In this document: in pieces, positions 40,844-52,382 of the stretch
How positions within the stretch are numbered: position 1 is the first letter of the stretch
Layout of the letters: each line of letters begins with the position of its first letter
Source: Octopus vulgaris
Taxonomy: Eukaryota
Length of the DNA: 64,000 nt
Reading direction: 5' to 3'
Assembly: GCA_951406725.2 (NCBI GenBank)
Contig: OX597814.1
Coordinates: 82,522,001-82,586,000 of the forward strand
Made by a program: the position numbers and the translations under genes
The notes under the pieces: generated by a model
Databases searched by the model: none
Told to the model about the DNA's origin: nothing
The model's input: the letters and a program-made list of their open reading frames with translations, nothing else

Positions 40844-43800
40844 ATATAATTATATCCAACCTTTCCTTGTTGCTGCTTCAGCTTCAGTTAAATGAGTTTT
40901 AATTATTTCAACTTTTTCCATTTCATCTTCCAGAAGAGTCTGATTAGCTGTTTCTAAGTTCTCAGTATTTAATTTCTTCTGTTTTTGTATGAGGTTGAAA
41001 ATTTCATCAAATGACTGATGAAAACCTTGTGACAGCAACTCAACACACATCAAGTGCTTGGATGTTTTCCAAAAGCTACAAAAAAATTAAATGCGAAAAA
41101 GAAAATGAAATACAGGTGTAGGTGTTGATGAGCGGTAAAGAAGCTTCCTAACCATGTGGTCATGGGTTCAGTACCACTGCACAACACTTTGGGCAAGTGT
41201 CTTCTACTATATCCCTGAGTTGACCAAAGCCTTGTGAGTGGACTTGGTACTAACACTGTAAGATACCATCAACTCAAATACCTTAATTTATTGAGTCTAG
41301 AGGAATGTAAAATAAAGTTGGTTTTGGCAGGATTTGAACTCAGAATGTAAAGAAGTGGAAGAAATACTGCAAGGCCTTTTTTTCTGGCACTATCAATTCT
41401 GCCAGCTTGTTGCATTTGCTGCAATTATAATAAAACCAAAACATGCTCAAAATTTTCTCCCTTACTTTTTATTTTATTGTATTGGTCTGGAGGTAGGGTC
41501 TCTGCTCATAGCCTTTTTAGATCCTCCAGTGAAATAATTAAAATATTTGAGTCAATATTAATGTTGTTTTTCCCCCCACCACATTCTTCTTTTTTTTTTC
41601 AGCAAACCCTGCATTAAGTATTAACATTGACACTGACTTAATTGTTGTTAATTATAGTACATATATGTGTTCTAATATATAACTTATACATGTTAATTAT
41701 AGCCTGTCCCTAGATGAGAATGAAAGAAATGCATTTTAAGGGACATTCAACATCTCATTTTTTCATATGCTGTTAGCATGTTGTTTATTAAATCAGCATA
41801 GTTTTCAGTTAAATGATTTCCAAGAAAGTTCTATACAACTAACATGAATGAATTCCATGCTGTCAGCTCAACTGGATTCAGTTTATCTCTGAATTTGCTA
41901 CGAAAATGCCTGCTTTCAGTTTTGGGTCACTTTTCTCTGCACCAAATTTTACTTTTAGGTACTGAAAGCCATAACCATCATGTGTCAATGCTTTTACGGA
42001 GTTATCATGAGGCCGAGTTTGATGTGAAGGGGTAAAAAGATCTTTTGCAGGTCTATCAGTGGAATGTGCTGCACGTTGTACTGACTGACTATGCACACGA
42101 ATCACATATTTTTAGTATATTTCAGCTGCAGTTCTAGGAGAAGGGAAATCACTTTTAAATCACCGCAAATATTCCACTTATAAACTGAATAATTAACCCC
42201 TTTTTGAGAATGAGTTCCATCGGTTCATAAATTTCTTCCATACCTACAAACATGACTCACAGGAATGTAAGGTTTTTCATTATCATTATGTAACAACACA
42301 GCTTTGAAGATAACCTTACTTGAGCCTATAAACAATCTCCATTCAATAGCCACAACATGAGTACAGAAACAAGCATTGTTTTCTTGCTTGAAAAAGACAG
42401 ATAAGCCTTCAAGGCAACAACGGAAAACTGAAATTTTTGTACCTTGCTGTAAGAGATTCCATTGCTGTAGTCCGGATCCCAAAACTTTGGCTTTTCCCTT
42501 TGAAAATGCTAGGTCATTCAAATCTTCTTGATTAAACAAGCATGGCCCATTTTCTTAGAATCAACTAGGTACTCTTCGTTGATGGGAGAATCAGGGGGTT
42601 CATCATTCGATGTGTTGAGGTCTTCAAGTGAATCATGTGAGAAGGGAACTGGGACAGGGTTCTTGAAGTTATGTGGGACTGGTTTTAGAGCCGACTTATA
42701 ATCTACGTACACAATTTTTGCATTGGTTTTCTTTGAGAAACCTCTAATATTAGTCATGCAAAAGTAACAATCAGAGATATGATTCATTGGCTCAAGCCCT
42801 ACTATTGGTACAGCAAAGGGCATTCCCTTCTGTTTTTCATTCACCTACTGTGTAAGTCCTGCATGGTGCAGCATATATGAAGTGCTCACCCCTTTATGCC
42901 AGAAATAATATTGATAGGTAGTTTTTAATTTGGTGGCAATGTTCTTCCGCTGGTCAGATGGAGCAAATTTTCTACAGACATAACAACAGTTGTCTGGGTG
43001 ATTCACACAGCTTCTCCTATTCATTATCTAACACAATGAACACAGTTAAAACAGTAATCACACAGAGTGAGAGATACACACACCACATATGACAGCAGCG
43101 CAAACAACACTGAGAGTTACCAAGAACAAACTGATGTATTTGGCATGTGCTAAACTAAATAATGAACTTTCTCATCGTTTGTTTTATTGTTATTTCTTTA
43201 ATTTTGAATTGAGACTGCTTTTATTTTAGCAAATTTTATAATACGGCCTATATCTAGCAGAAAGTATAGTTATAACCTTGCGCATAACTCAAAGTCCTGA
43301 TGTGCTAGAACAATTCTGAGTGAAGATTCAGAATCAGCATCCTCGATTTAGTCTAAAACAGATGCTTTTACCCCAGTAGCAAAATCTTTGTTGCCCAGTG
43401 TTATAGGTGGTGAGTTGAGACATTGAAAGAGTGTTAGCAAAAGAAAAGGGTGCTATTTAAAAATATTGAGAAGCACTGATACACACTTATCAAGGTACTG
43501 TGTCTGAAAGGATAGGCAACATATGCTCATGTTAGCGTTATGTTGTTAATGACATTTTTTCATCTATTTTGGTGTGTATAGCATTTATGTTAGTATTTGG
43601 AGCTTTGTAGAAGTGTCTGGGATTTGAGGGTGATATAACATGTAGTCACAGGGAGTTATACTGAGTATGTCCAAATGCTTTTTTTTTTAGTATTTGTTTC
43701 ATTTTGTGAGTGATCTGTGTGTAGCCTATGAGTATGGAAAGTGAACTACTTTGTATTATTTGTAATTTACTGTGAAAAGATGGAGGACTATAAATAATTT

Positions 43801-45565
43801 TTACCAAAAGAGGCAACAGCTTTCTGAATTTCTTATATTGCTTTTTTACTCTAGCTATCATAATATAACAACTACCAACAACACCACCTTTGTAAACTTG
43901 ATCAATGCTTCTCAAACTGACAAATAATAGCACCTACCCAAATATATACTCTTTTACTTGTTTCAGTCATTTGACTGTGGCCATGCTGGAGCACTACCTT
44001 TAGTCGAGCAAATCGACCCCAGGACTTATTCTTTGTAAGCCTAGTACTTATTCTATTAGTCTCTTTTGCTGAACCGCTAAGTTACAGGGATGCAAACACA
44101 CCAGCATCGGTTGTCAAGCGATGTTGGTGGGAAAAACACAGACACACACATATATATATATACATAAATACGATGGGCTTCTTTCAGTTTCCATCTACCA
44201 AATCCACTCACAAGGCTTTGGTCACCCCGAGGCTATAGTAGAAGACACTTGCCTAAGATGCCACGCAGTGGGACTGAACCTTGAACCATGTGGTTGGTAA
44301 GCAAGCTACTTACCACACAGCCACTCCTGCACCTATGTATGAAAACTTTTGTTTTCCACCCTGTTTATTAATAAGAAGACAAAATAAAGTTTGCAACTAT
44401 ATAATTCTTCTCCCTTTGACAAGGTGTTGGATAAATTTTAAGTTGTTTACTCCTTTTTGTCTTCCCCAATATTATGTCCTCACAGAACATCCCTTGTAGG
44501 GCATACTGATCAAGGTAACAGGCACCATAGGCTATTTCTAGCAAGCAATAAAAACAGTTTTTTGACATCATTTCATGGGTGTCACTACAGCTGAATATTC
44601 TTGTACCTCAAATATATTCAAAGTGTTAGTTCCCAGTCAATCTGTCATAGATCCTTCAACACCAAGTGTATTCTTAGTTAGCACTGACGACACAGTGTTG
44701 AATTCCTATATGCTAGGATTAAAGCCTATTGATTTCCATTGACTAGGCATGAAAGTCAATTTTTGAAACTGAGTGAGTTATAGTTGACTGATTTAATCTT
44801 TGTGGGTATGTGGGTATTTTGAAAACACCTCATGGAGTGATGACTGTGTGTTGCATAGTTACAGGTTGCCCTTTGGCAAGGCATAGCACCCATTCAGCTA
44901 CCCTGCCAGGGATATGGCAAGGTCATGGGACTGCAGCATTGTGGATTGTGAAGAGGTAGTGGAAGAATTCAGCTGAGCCAACGGTGCTTCTTACATTGAA
45001 GCTGAGCAGAGGAATCCTAGAAGATCAACAATCAACAACCCTAACCCAAGCTCTATCATGAGAGTAACTGCAATGCATCCATGGGAGTGGTGTCCATGGT
45101 TGTGTAATCAGCTAATTCACTATGACTTAAGCTCTCAGTTCAATTTCATAATAATGGAATTGGATGGCGATGGTGTCATGGGAATCCACAAGAGCAACAC
45201 AACCGAAGAGAGAGATTTAATTGTTAAAAAAGCAAAAATTTGATCTAAGCAATATGGGGAATCAGAATATACCAGGATAAATTTAAATAATGTAAAATAT
45301 TTAGTCTAATGTTCCTTATTTCTGCCAACTCACCAACCTACTGAAATAAATCATATCAAAATACAAAAATATAATACTTGGCTGTTTCTTTTCTTGTCAT
45401 CAAAGGTAATTGTTCCCGCAGGTTTAGTTGCTCCATAAGCATTTTTCTTTCTTGTTTGCTGAGAGGTACATTTAAAGGTTGGAGTAGTATTTTTGTTTTG
45501 GGAGAGATACTTCCAGTGGCCATACCTTGAGGCTGCATTTTGTTATGGTCCAAATCTAATGTCAT
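21910..45565 (-). CDS. TTC29: Tetratricopeptide repeat protein 29-like (cilia/flagella TPR protein); join of 8 coding exons, 1380 nt, 459 aa
   Basis: Exons 45565-45378, 41075-40861, 35871-35686, 34064-33852, 28459-28374, 26638-26547, 24315-24192, 22185-21910. All introns are GT..AG with consistent phases (2,1,1,1,0,2,0). Motifs CVELLSQGFHQSF, DDKWLSDHF, GEAVYKLGLAY, ACHHLGCIYNSL, RVHFGISLAH and LLKWK resemble TTC29. Confidence 0.88.
24192..24315 (-). CDS. TTC29: TTC29 coding exon 7 (KGNTEACINYLK...LGCIYNSL)
   Basis: Acceptor ttatttcag|A, donor TTG|GTAAGC, phase 2-0. Confidence 0.9.
26547..26638 (-). CDS. TTC29: TTC29 coding exon 6 (RLKEFLDVTERYEDIEGMGRAAEAIARAYQ)
   Basis: Acceptor ttcttcacag|C, donor TT|GTAAGA, phase 0-2. 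Confidence 0.9.
28374..28459 (-). CDS. TTC29: TTC29 coding exon 5 (SKDNKIIGEAVYKLGLAYLKAEEPDIALP); not in the ORF track
   Basis: Acceptor gtttttcag|G, donor CCT|GTAAGT, 86 nt, phase 1-0, TPR helix pattern. Confidence 0.88.
29226..29234 (-). terminator. RNA Pol III T9 terminator of tRNA-Tyr
   Basis: Run of 9 T on the minus strand a few nt after the discriminator base. Confidence 0.8.
29239..29333 (-). tRNA. tRNA-Tyr(GTA) with 22-nt intron (29275-29296), in a TTC29 intron, same strand as the host
   Basis: Minus strand reads CTCGCGATAGCTCAGTTGGTAGAGCGGAGGACTGTAG[ATTGTCAATATCATAAACTGTA]ATCCTTAGGTCGGTGGTTCGAATCCGTCTCGCGAGA. 73-nt mature length, fully paired acceptor stem, intact A and B boxes. 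Confidence 0.93.
32233..32513 (-). mobile_element. Candidate solo LTR
   Basis: TG...CA termini (tgtaa/tgaca), AATAAA on the minus strand, 5-bp flanks cataa/cttaa. Confidence 0.4.
33852..34064 (-). CDS. TTC29: TTC29 coding exon 4 (GEYFKAMENMEKYYHL...AHEKAVE)
   Basis: Acceptor ttcattacag|G, donor AAA|GTAAAT, 213 nt, phase 1-1. Confidence 0.9.
35686..35871 (-). CDS. TTC29: TTC29 coding exon 3 (EDYRKAYDARLWLANYF...SLKDS)
   Basis: Acceptor ctctcaccag|A, donor GTG|GTATGT, 186 nt, phase 1-1. Confidence 0.9.
36022..36138. repeat. (GAT/GAG)n trinucleotide tract; (GATA)n(GA)n at 36240-36308
   Basis: Directly visible; produces poly-His and poly-Ile pseudo-ORFs. Confidence 0.95.
37116..37520. mobile_element. 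Small DNA element with inverted termini, containing a nested SINE (about 37233-37445)
   Basis: actagtgtagctagag...ctctagctacagtagt. Confidence 0.5.
38750..39085 (-). mobile_element. tRNA-derived SINE family B (copies approx. 23715-24052 -, 31783-32120 +; related heads at 16890-17165 -, 32980-33125 +, 37650-37975 +)
   Basis: gtgaaggc...tggctcagt...gagttcgattcc head, ttgagcaagacactttatttcac core, gtcattcatgac...gggtctttac tail. Confidence 0.88.
39086..39137. repeat. Perfect 52-bp spacerless palindrome
   Basis: taatgcttagtgtacactggtacactagtgtaccagtgtacactaagcatta equals its own reverse complement. Confidence 0.95.
39495..39582 (-). pseudogene. Decayed elongator tRNA-Met(CAT)-like gene with a 21-nt insertion after position 37
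   Basis: Minus strand reads CAGTGCAGTAGGCAGTGTGTCAGTCTCATA[ATCAAGCATGAAATCATAGGA]ATCTGAAGGTTGTGAGTTCAATCCACACCTGGGACA. It matches the eukaryotic Met-e pattern with CpG-type decay; the 5' acceptor strand does not pair. Confidence 0.7.
40148..40397. mobile_element. TA-flanked MITE
   Basis: ctgtcgaaagtctggaaattg...cagtttccaggacttcaacag with TA flanks. Confidence 0.6.
40861..41075 (-). CDS. TTC29: TTC29 coding exon 2 (FWKTSKHLMCVELLSQGFHQSF...AEAATRK)
   Basis: Acceptor tttttgtag|C, donor AAG|GTTGGA, open frame. Confidence 0.88.
41800..43400 (-). mobile_element. Decayed DDE-type DNA transposon of the widespread 'WRLFIDSS...LLHNGN' family; 3' truncated
   Basis: Remnants from ATG 43024: MNRRSCVNHPDNCCYVC, MPFAVPIVGLEPMNHISDCYFC, EWRLFIGSSKVIFKAVLLHN, WNICGDLKVI and GFQYLK...LKAGIFV. 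5' terminus cactgggcaacaaa at 43400; frameshifts present. Confidence 0.78.
43947..44335 (-). mobile_element. tRNA-derived SINE family A (other copies approx. 19812-20228 -, 20705-21195 -, 27365-27760 -, 39320-39484 -, 51150-51320 -, 8485-8650 +, 35245-35550 +, 41113-41250 +, 54415-54820 +, 56710-56880 +)
   Basis: Head with TGGCTGTGTGG A-box and GGTTCAGTCC B-box, ccttgggcaagtgtcttctactatagcc core, internal (TA/TG)n, tail ccagcatggcc.cagtcaaatgactgaaacaag. Confidence 0.9.
45378..45565 (-). CDS. TTC29: TTC29 first coding exon (MTLDLDHNKM...RKETA); exon begins at 45584 after a ttttatttcag acceptor
   Basis: ATG 45565-45563, donor AA|GTATTA, phase 2 fits the next exon. Confidence 0.75.
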
Positions 45566-46460
45566 TTTTTTTTGAAAAAACAATCTGAAATAAAACAAAG
45601 AGAAATTTGGTGATTTGAAAATGTTTAAAACTTAAAATATAATTTTTTCCTTAACAAATCATGAGTCAGAAATGAAGATACAGAAGCAACAAGTTTCAAA
45701 TTTTTGGCACAAGTCTAGCAATTTTAGAGGAGGGGTTAAGTCAATTATATCAATCCAAGTACTCAACTGGTACTTATTTTATTGACTCTGAAAGGATGAA
45801 AGGTAAAGTCAACCTTAGCAGAATTTGAACTCAGAATGTAAAGACAGATGAAATGCCACAAAACATTTTGCCTGGTGTGCTAATATTTCTGCCATTTTAC
45901 TGCCTTTTATACAGAAGTAACAGAGTGATGATGTAGTAAGAGTTCCAACTGTTACCAGCTAGTAGTTAAAGAGAAAATGTGAGAAGAAAATTTCGGAAGG
46001 ATACAATTTGGGATAAGATAGATTGGGAATGTATGTACTCTACAGTTTTTACAATTTGATACAGGGTACCTTAGTGGAATCAAAGTGGCTCTAGTAGTGG
46101 TAGAAGAGAGAAATAAAAGATACAACTCATGTGTTAATAGAGGTGTTAGTAATTTACTTAAAAGATGGACTACTTTTTCTTGGATGGAGTAAAAGTGTGT
46201 GTGTGTGTGCGCACATGTGTGTAATGGGACCCCTGTCCAAAAATTCAAACAATATTAGCATAAAGTATATATGGGTTTCTAGAAGATTAAAAGAAATTCA
46301 AAACTGATGTATTTTCAGTCCTTACGAGCAATGTTTGCTGTCTGAGTGTAATATTTTGGTGCATGTTTGGCTCATAAGTATAAGTATTTTGGATTTACTC
46401 TCTTGAAACAATTTGTATATTTTGAGCTCAAGTTGTCTAACCCCAATGCCAAATGATATA

Positions 46461-46659
46461 TGAGGGAGTGCTGAAAAGTTCCTGGCTTTAAGGTTGGGGG
46501 CTCAACCTTCCAAGTTCTTTTGCAGGGTTTAGAAAAGCTGAAGGACTACTGCAATATGTATGTGAATTTGAAAGGGGAATATGTTCAATAAAATCATAAC
46601 TAACTGATCCTCCTGTATTTTATTTTAGCCAAAGCCAGGAACTTTTCAGTACTCCCTCA
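46461..46659 (+). mobile_element. Internally deleted mariner element (MITE)
   Basis: TIRs tgagggagtgctgaaaagttcctggcttt / aaagccaggaacttttcagtactccctca with TA flanks. The interior encodes a mariner-like C-terminus LEKLKDYCNMYVNLKGEYVQ*. Confidence 0.85.
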
Positions 46660-47715
46660 TAAATGAAAGCTATTTTGAGGTAGCATACAAATGAATCCCA
46701 TATGCAGAAAGTGAGGATGTTATTAGCATCAACATAGTTGAAAAACGTAGTTGGTGATAATAGCATGAATTGATAGGATGGGTTAGATAAATTGCTTGTA
46801 AAAATATTTGCTTAGAAGAGGAGAGCCAATGGGAAGTGTCTAGCCAAGGCTGGACATAGGAAACATGACTGAAAGCTTTTAGCATGTTAGGACAACAGTT
46901 TTACTTCAGTGAGTTTTCAACTGAAAGAGGGCATTGTTAAAGAGAGAGAGAGTTTAAAAAGCAACGAAATCAAAGTTCATTTCAGTAACTGTCTGTTTTA
47001 GGAAAATGATGGGCATGCTTGTTATTGTGCTATGACAATGGGATAAAAGGAGGGCAAATGAGCAAGGATTTCTTGTTTGTGTAAAATGAAGTGAAAGCCA
47101 AATATAGATTGACTTGAGGATACTACTTCATCTTCATCATTTGATGCTGGCATAGACTGGATGGTTAGACAGGAGCTGGCCAGGCAGAAGACTGCACCAG
47201 GCTTCACTGTCTGCTTTGGCCTGCTTTTTATGGCTGGATGCCCTTCCTAACACCAACCGCCTCACAGAGCAGACTGAGTGCTTTGTATGTGGTACCGGCA
47301 ATGGTGAGACCTGTTTGGGTGTCGTTTTTATGGCTTGATACCCTCCCTAATGCCAACCACTTTACAGAGTAGCCTGGGTGCTTTTTATGTGGTACTAGCA
47401 CCAGCGAGGTCTGCTTTGGCATGGTTAAGAAATAGGCAAAAGTAATTTGGCAAAAAAGATCTAAATTTATAAGTGAAATTTTGATAAAGTTATTTCATAT
47501 CATCCTTATCATTTTTTCTTAACATTCCTGGGTTTTGTTACCTCAAGTATGTTCTATTGTTATTGAAATTGTTTTAGAAGCATATTTTGTACAAACATAA
47601 GCATCTAGTTTTCTAAATAGGCAAGGGAATGTTGTTTCTTAGAGGTCTATTAACAACAATACACTCTTGCAGGTTTATTTTGCAATAATATCAAACATAA
47701 ATAAGGTTGTATTAA

Positions 47716-47919
47716 CCCTTTAGCATTTAAACTGGCCATATCCAACTCAAATGTTTTATGTGCAAACTAGCCATATATGGCCTCTCACACTCTATATCAT
47801 TCTACAAATAAATTATATCATCAAAATCTCAAAGGTACAAGATAATTCATAATTAACCCAAAATAATGTGAATAAATAAGTAGTACATTCGACAGAGTAA
47901 TCTGAAATGCTATAAAGGG
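47716..47919. mobile_element. piggyBac-like MITE family 2 (other copies at about 20377-20602 and, reversed, 28949-29163)
   Basis: TTAA|ccctttagcattt...aatgctataaaggg|TTAA; homologous internal sequence in three copies. Confidence 0.8.
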
Positions 47920-48499
47920 TTAAATACAGTACACCAATCAAATAGACTTATCTATTCCATTTCAATGTGAAAACTTATTAAAAGTATTTCCTATAAAAGG
48001 GAACAACTTTTACCAGAATTATTAATACAGATTCCAAACACTCGATGGTGCTAAATACCAGAATGAGAACTATTAATAGAGATTTCATATAATTGAAGGT
48101 ATTAATTTTTGGAATATGTATCAGTATTAAAAGGCTGCAAATATAAGAATGCAAACAGTAAAATGCTACAAAATTATTAAAATATGAAAGTAGAATGCTT
48201 TATTGTTACAAAAAGGTTTATGTCATAGACAATAAGAAAAGCAGTGTATTACTGTTAGAAATATGACAACAAGGTGTTTAGAGCAGAATAGGTAGAGTGT
48301 ATTATTGTTTATATAATGAACAAATAGGATTAATACAGTGCAAAATAGACACATTTCTACAGTTTTTTTCTCAACATGTATGTTCCAAAATATTCATGAA
48401 ACATAGTTTGGTGAGTCTCAAACATTTAAGCATCTTTTAATTTGGCTTTTAACACATGATTTATGATTGTTAGTTATTAGATACACAAAATATAGTTCA

Positions 48500-48865
48500 C
48501 AGTCAGTTGAATCTACCCATTTACTTGCAAATTCTCATGTTTGACCCTTGTGGACATATATACAAAATTAAGAAACAACACAGCATCCATGACTTTTGGA
48601 AAGATCTTTTCACGCTTGAAATTACTGAAACATGGAATAAACTATCCTCATCAGTTGTTAGCTGTGAGGATACTACATTCTTCAAAACTTCTATGTTTCC
48701 TGAAATTCGCTAGCAATGTCCTCATTTCTTGTTTTTTTTTAATGACTTAGTCTCTGATCACTTACTGTGTATACTCCATGTACTGTTCATGCAATTTTAG
48801 TTACTTTTTCTCATGAGTTGTAGTGTACCTGAGCACTGAAAACAATAAATTCATTATTATTACTA
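48500..48865 (+). mobile_element. CR1/L2-like LINE 3' end; related copy at about 55250-55637
   Basis: GHIYKIKKQHS...FTLEITETWNKLSSSVVS...FK C-terminal pattern followed by a shared cacttgagcact-like tail and (ATT)n. Confidence 0.7.
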
Positions 48866-49142
48866 TATATGTATCTTCTACACATCACTAATCTTGATGA
48901 AAGTATTTTCCAAATATTGGGAATAATGTAGCCTTACTTTTATTTGAAACCTCATTAGTAATATTCACATCCTTTGAGGTATTTCTAACATCATTCAGTT
49001 TTCATTATTTTTTGTTTTGCTTTCATAATTATCAGTTGCCAATTCCAAGCAATCTAGAAGAGGTCTATGCAGTAACCTCATTGAACCATTTTCCACAGGT
49101 TTACCTGATGGCTGAAAGAGCAGTACTTCTTAATCATGCACT

Positions 49143-49773
49143 TAGGGCTGGATTAAGATCCACAGAGGTCCTAAACACTAAAAGATTTTGCTGCCCCCAT
49201 ATATATGTAATTCAAAATATAAAATATTAAAGCATGAAATAAATTTTTATTTTTCAAAATGAAACAAAACTAACAGTAAGATGGAAAATAATGTTTATTT
49301 TTGTATAATTCTGCTTTATTATTATTTGGAAAATTTTCTCCTACTTTTTTTTGCAAAGTCTTTAATCCTCACTATGACATATGAACACATCAACATTATA
49401 TTTCTGATCATATAAATTACTTTGAATATTATTTTAGCAAGTCGGTGAGCTGGCAGAAACAGCATGCTGGGCGAAATGCTTAGTGGTATTTTGTCTGTCT
49501 TTACATTCTGAGTTCAAATTCTGCCAAGGTTGACTTTGCCTTTCATCCTTTTGGGGTTGATAAATTAAGTACCAGTTGTGTACTGGGGTCGGTCTAATCA
49601 ACTGGCTCCCTCCCCCAAGATTTTGGGCCTTGTGCCTAGAGTAGAAAAGAATATTATTTTAGCAAGTTTAAAGTAATTTCTTTTGTGTTGTAAAATATTT
49701 ACCATTTCTGTGCTTCATCCCACTTGATGCCCTAAGGCCACGCTTATTTTGCTTAATGGTTAATCCAGCACTG
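49143..49773. mobile_element. hAT-like non-autonomous element with a nested SINE (about 49440-49650)
   Basis: Termini tagggctggattaa...ttaatccagcactg with flanks catgcact/catgcatg. The nested SINE is bounded by the direct repeat gaatattattttagcaa (TSD). Confidence 0.7.
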
Positions 49774-51581
49774 CATGCATGGTTATATAAGTGGAACTCC
49801 AAGTACTCATGCTCTCTCCTTCAGCAGATGGAGCCACACCAAAATGACAGAGATGGTTATTGCCAACTAGTCTTGATAAAAAATTTGTTTCAGTTGAATA
49901 AGACATAAATTTACTGTCACCACCTACATATGTTGATTTCCATTCTTTTATCTCACCAACGTTTTTCAGTCAACATTACGTATTTGACCCCAAAAGACTC
50001 AATTTCAAGAACATACCCATTACACTACTTCAGCACATTTAACTAAGTTTTTGTATTTTATGAATGCTGTACTTGAAAATTGTTACTTTTCTTTGTGTCT
50101 ATTATTGTTTCATTCAAACTTTTATTTCTTGAACTTTTGGAAGTAAGCATGAGCTATTTAACTGCATTGAATTATTGTAACACTTAGAGTGGTAAAGGTC
50201 CACTGCTTGGTGGTTCATAGAAACTAATACATAAATACATACGTACACATACACACACATATATATATATACATACATACAATCAATGGTAACTTCACCA
50301 CCTCATCCCAGGTCTACCTCTTCCACAGGTTCCCTCAACCGCTAGCGTGTGGCACTTTTTCACACAGCTATATATTTTATTGATATTATAATACAATTGA
50401 ATGCCACGCATCCATTTCCAAGTATGTTTATCTTAATAATTTTGATGCAACTCTACCCTGTACTGTTCTTTCTCTCCCTTTCTCTAATTCTTTTTTCTCC
50501 CCTTCTCCCCCTTTTGTTTTTTCTCTCTCATCCTTTCTTTAATTCTTTTTTTTTCCCCTTCACCATTTTCTATCTGTCTCTCTCGCTTCCTCCTTTACTC
50601 TCTCTTGTTGCTCACATGTGACCATCATCCATCTTTCTTCTCCTCACGTGGTCATCTTTCTTTTATTTCAGTCAGTTGCACAGACCAGACACATTCTTAT
50701 CTGTCTCCTCTCGTATCTTTTCTCTTACCAAAGAATATTCTTCCAGCGTTTGCCACCTTATCTCATCTAGCCTAACAGCCCTCCCTGTTTATTTCCATTT
50801 GGTTTGTTGTATGTCCTGTTTTTGTTACTAATTTTGACCCTCCGCAAATCCCAAATTTTATTTTGGTTAGTGGGAGCAACTGTTTCTTGAAGACACATAT
50901 TGTTGTGAATTATCTGAAATGTGGAGTAAACAGCTGACAACTGATGAAGGGTCGTTCTTTATGTTACTTTTCTTGTTTTCCATTTGTTTCTCTTGTTGTT
51001 CGTATACCCTGGGTTGCCTTCCTATTTCATGTTGTTTACGTTTTGCAACGTCCTGTACCCATATATGCATATATTTATATACATATATATGTACATATAT
51101 GTATGTATATATGCATATATATATATATATGTATATATACATACATACACACATATACGGTGGGTTTCTTTCAGTTTTCCACCTGCCAAATCCCCTCACA
51201 AGGTTTTGATCAACCTGAGACTATAGTAGAAGACACTTGCCCAAGGTACCATGCAGTGAGACTGAACCAGGAATAATGTAGTTAAGAAGGAAGCCTCTTA
51301 CCACATAGCCACACCTACACCAATATATAAAAAAATACCAATAGCAAAATTTTCTATAATCAATTGAGAGAAAGAGTACTTTTTGTCCAGAGATGTGTAG
51401 GAGGGAGAGAACATAATGTAAATTTCATGATATTTATGATGTAATTGGTAATTGTTTTTAGTATTAACATGTTTCAATTTGAGGTGGTACTTTACATAAA
51501 GAACAACTGATTTCCTACAGTTTACCTGTTTAAATCATTGGACTGCATCCTTAGTAGAGCACTGGCGTGAAGGTTTTAGTC

Positions 51582-51914
51582 CAGGGATTTTCAACCATTT
51601 TTTAAATCTATGGACCCCTTTGATTGCTATTTTATTCTGGTGGGCTTCCATAGTCTCTTGATGTTTAAAAACTAGTTTTGTAGAAATTTCTTTCAAAGTT
51701 CCTATTTTGTTTTTCACACATTAACATGTGTAGGTTGAAATATGTAAAACATTACAGAAAGCAGCCAAGCTGTTTCTTGCAATATGTACAAATACACACA
51801 TCGAAAGCAAAATTTTGTCAGGGGCCCTTAGAAAATTTATTATTTTGTTGCATGGACCCCAAAGATCTTATATGGATCCTGAGGGGCCATATGGACTGTA
51901 TTTGAGAACCTCTG
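51582..51914. mobile_element. hAT (Charlie-like) MITE
   Basis: Termini cagggattttcaa...tgagaacctctg; 8-bp TSD ttttagtc/gtttagtc. Confidence 0.78.
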
Positions 51915-52167
51915 GTTTAGTCAGTCAAATTGACCCCAGAACTTACTTTTAAGTCTCTAAGTCTAGTATTGGTCTCCTGTGTGGGGGTAAACACAAAGAC
52001 ACACATAGATGTGTGGCTTGGCTTAACAATCAACCTTCTAAATACATACACACATATATAAAGATATATATATATATGGTTTACATAAACTCGGAGTTTT
52101 ATCATGGCTACCGAATAATTGTCACATATTACATTTACAGATATATATATATATATATATATACATA

Positions 52168-52382
52168 TGTCGTTGCCAGTACTGCCTGACTGGCCCCTGT
52201 GCCGGTGGCAAGTAAAAGCACCCACTACACTCTCGGAAAGGTTGGCGTTAGTAAGGGCATCCAGCTGTAGAAACTCTGCTAGATCAAGATTGGAGCCTGG
52301 TGCAGCCATCTGGCTCGCCAGCCCTCAGTCAAATTGTCCAACCCATGCTAGCATGGAAATCAGATGTTAAACAATGATGATA
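52168..52382 (+). mobile_element. (GAT)n-tailed SINE/LINE 3' repeat family D (copies approx. 2255-2465, 7030-7170, 17480-17690 -, 24635-24830, 25545-25760, 31560-31770, 33290-33605, 35555-35662, 47130-47425 -, 54975-55090)
   Basis: gttggc.ttaggaagggcatccagc core and aacccatgc.agcatggaa...gttaaa.gatgatgat tail. Confidence 0.85.
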
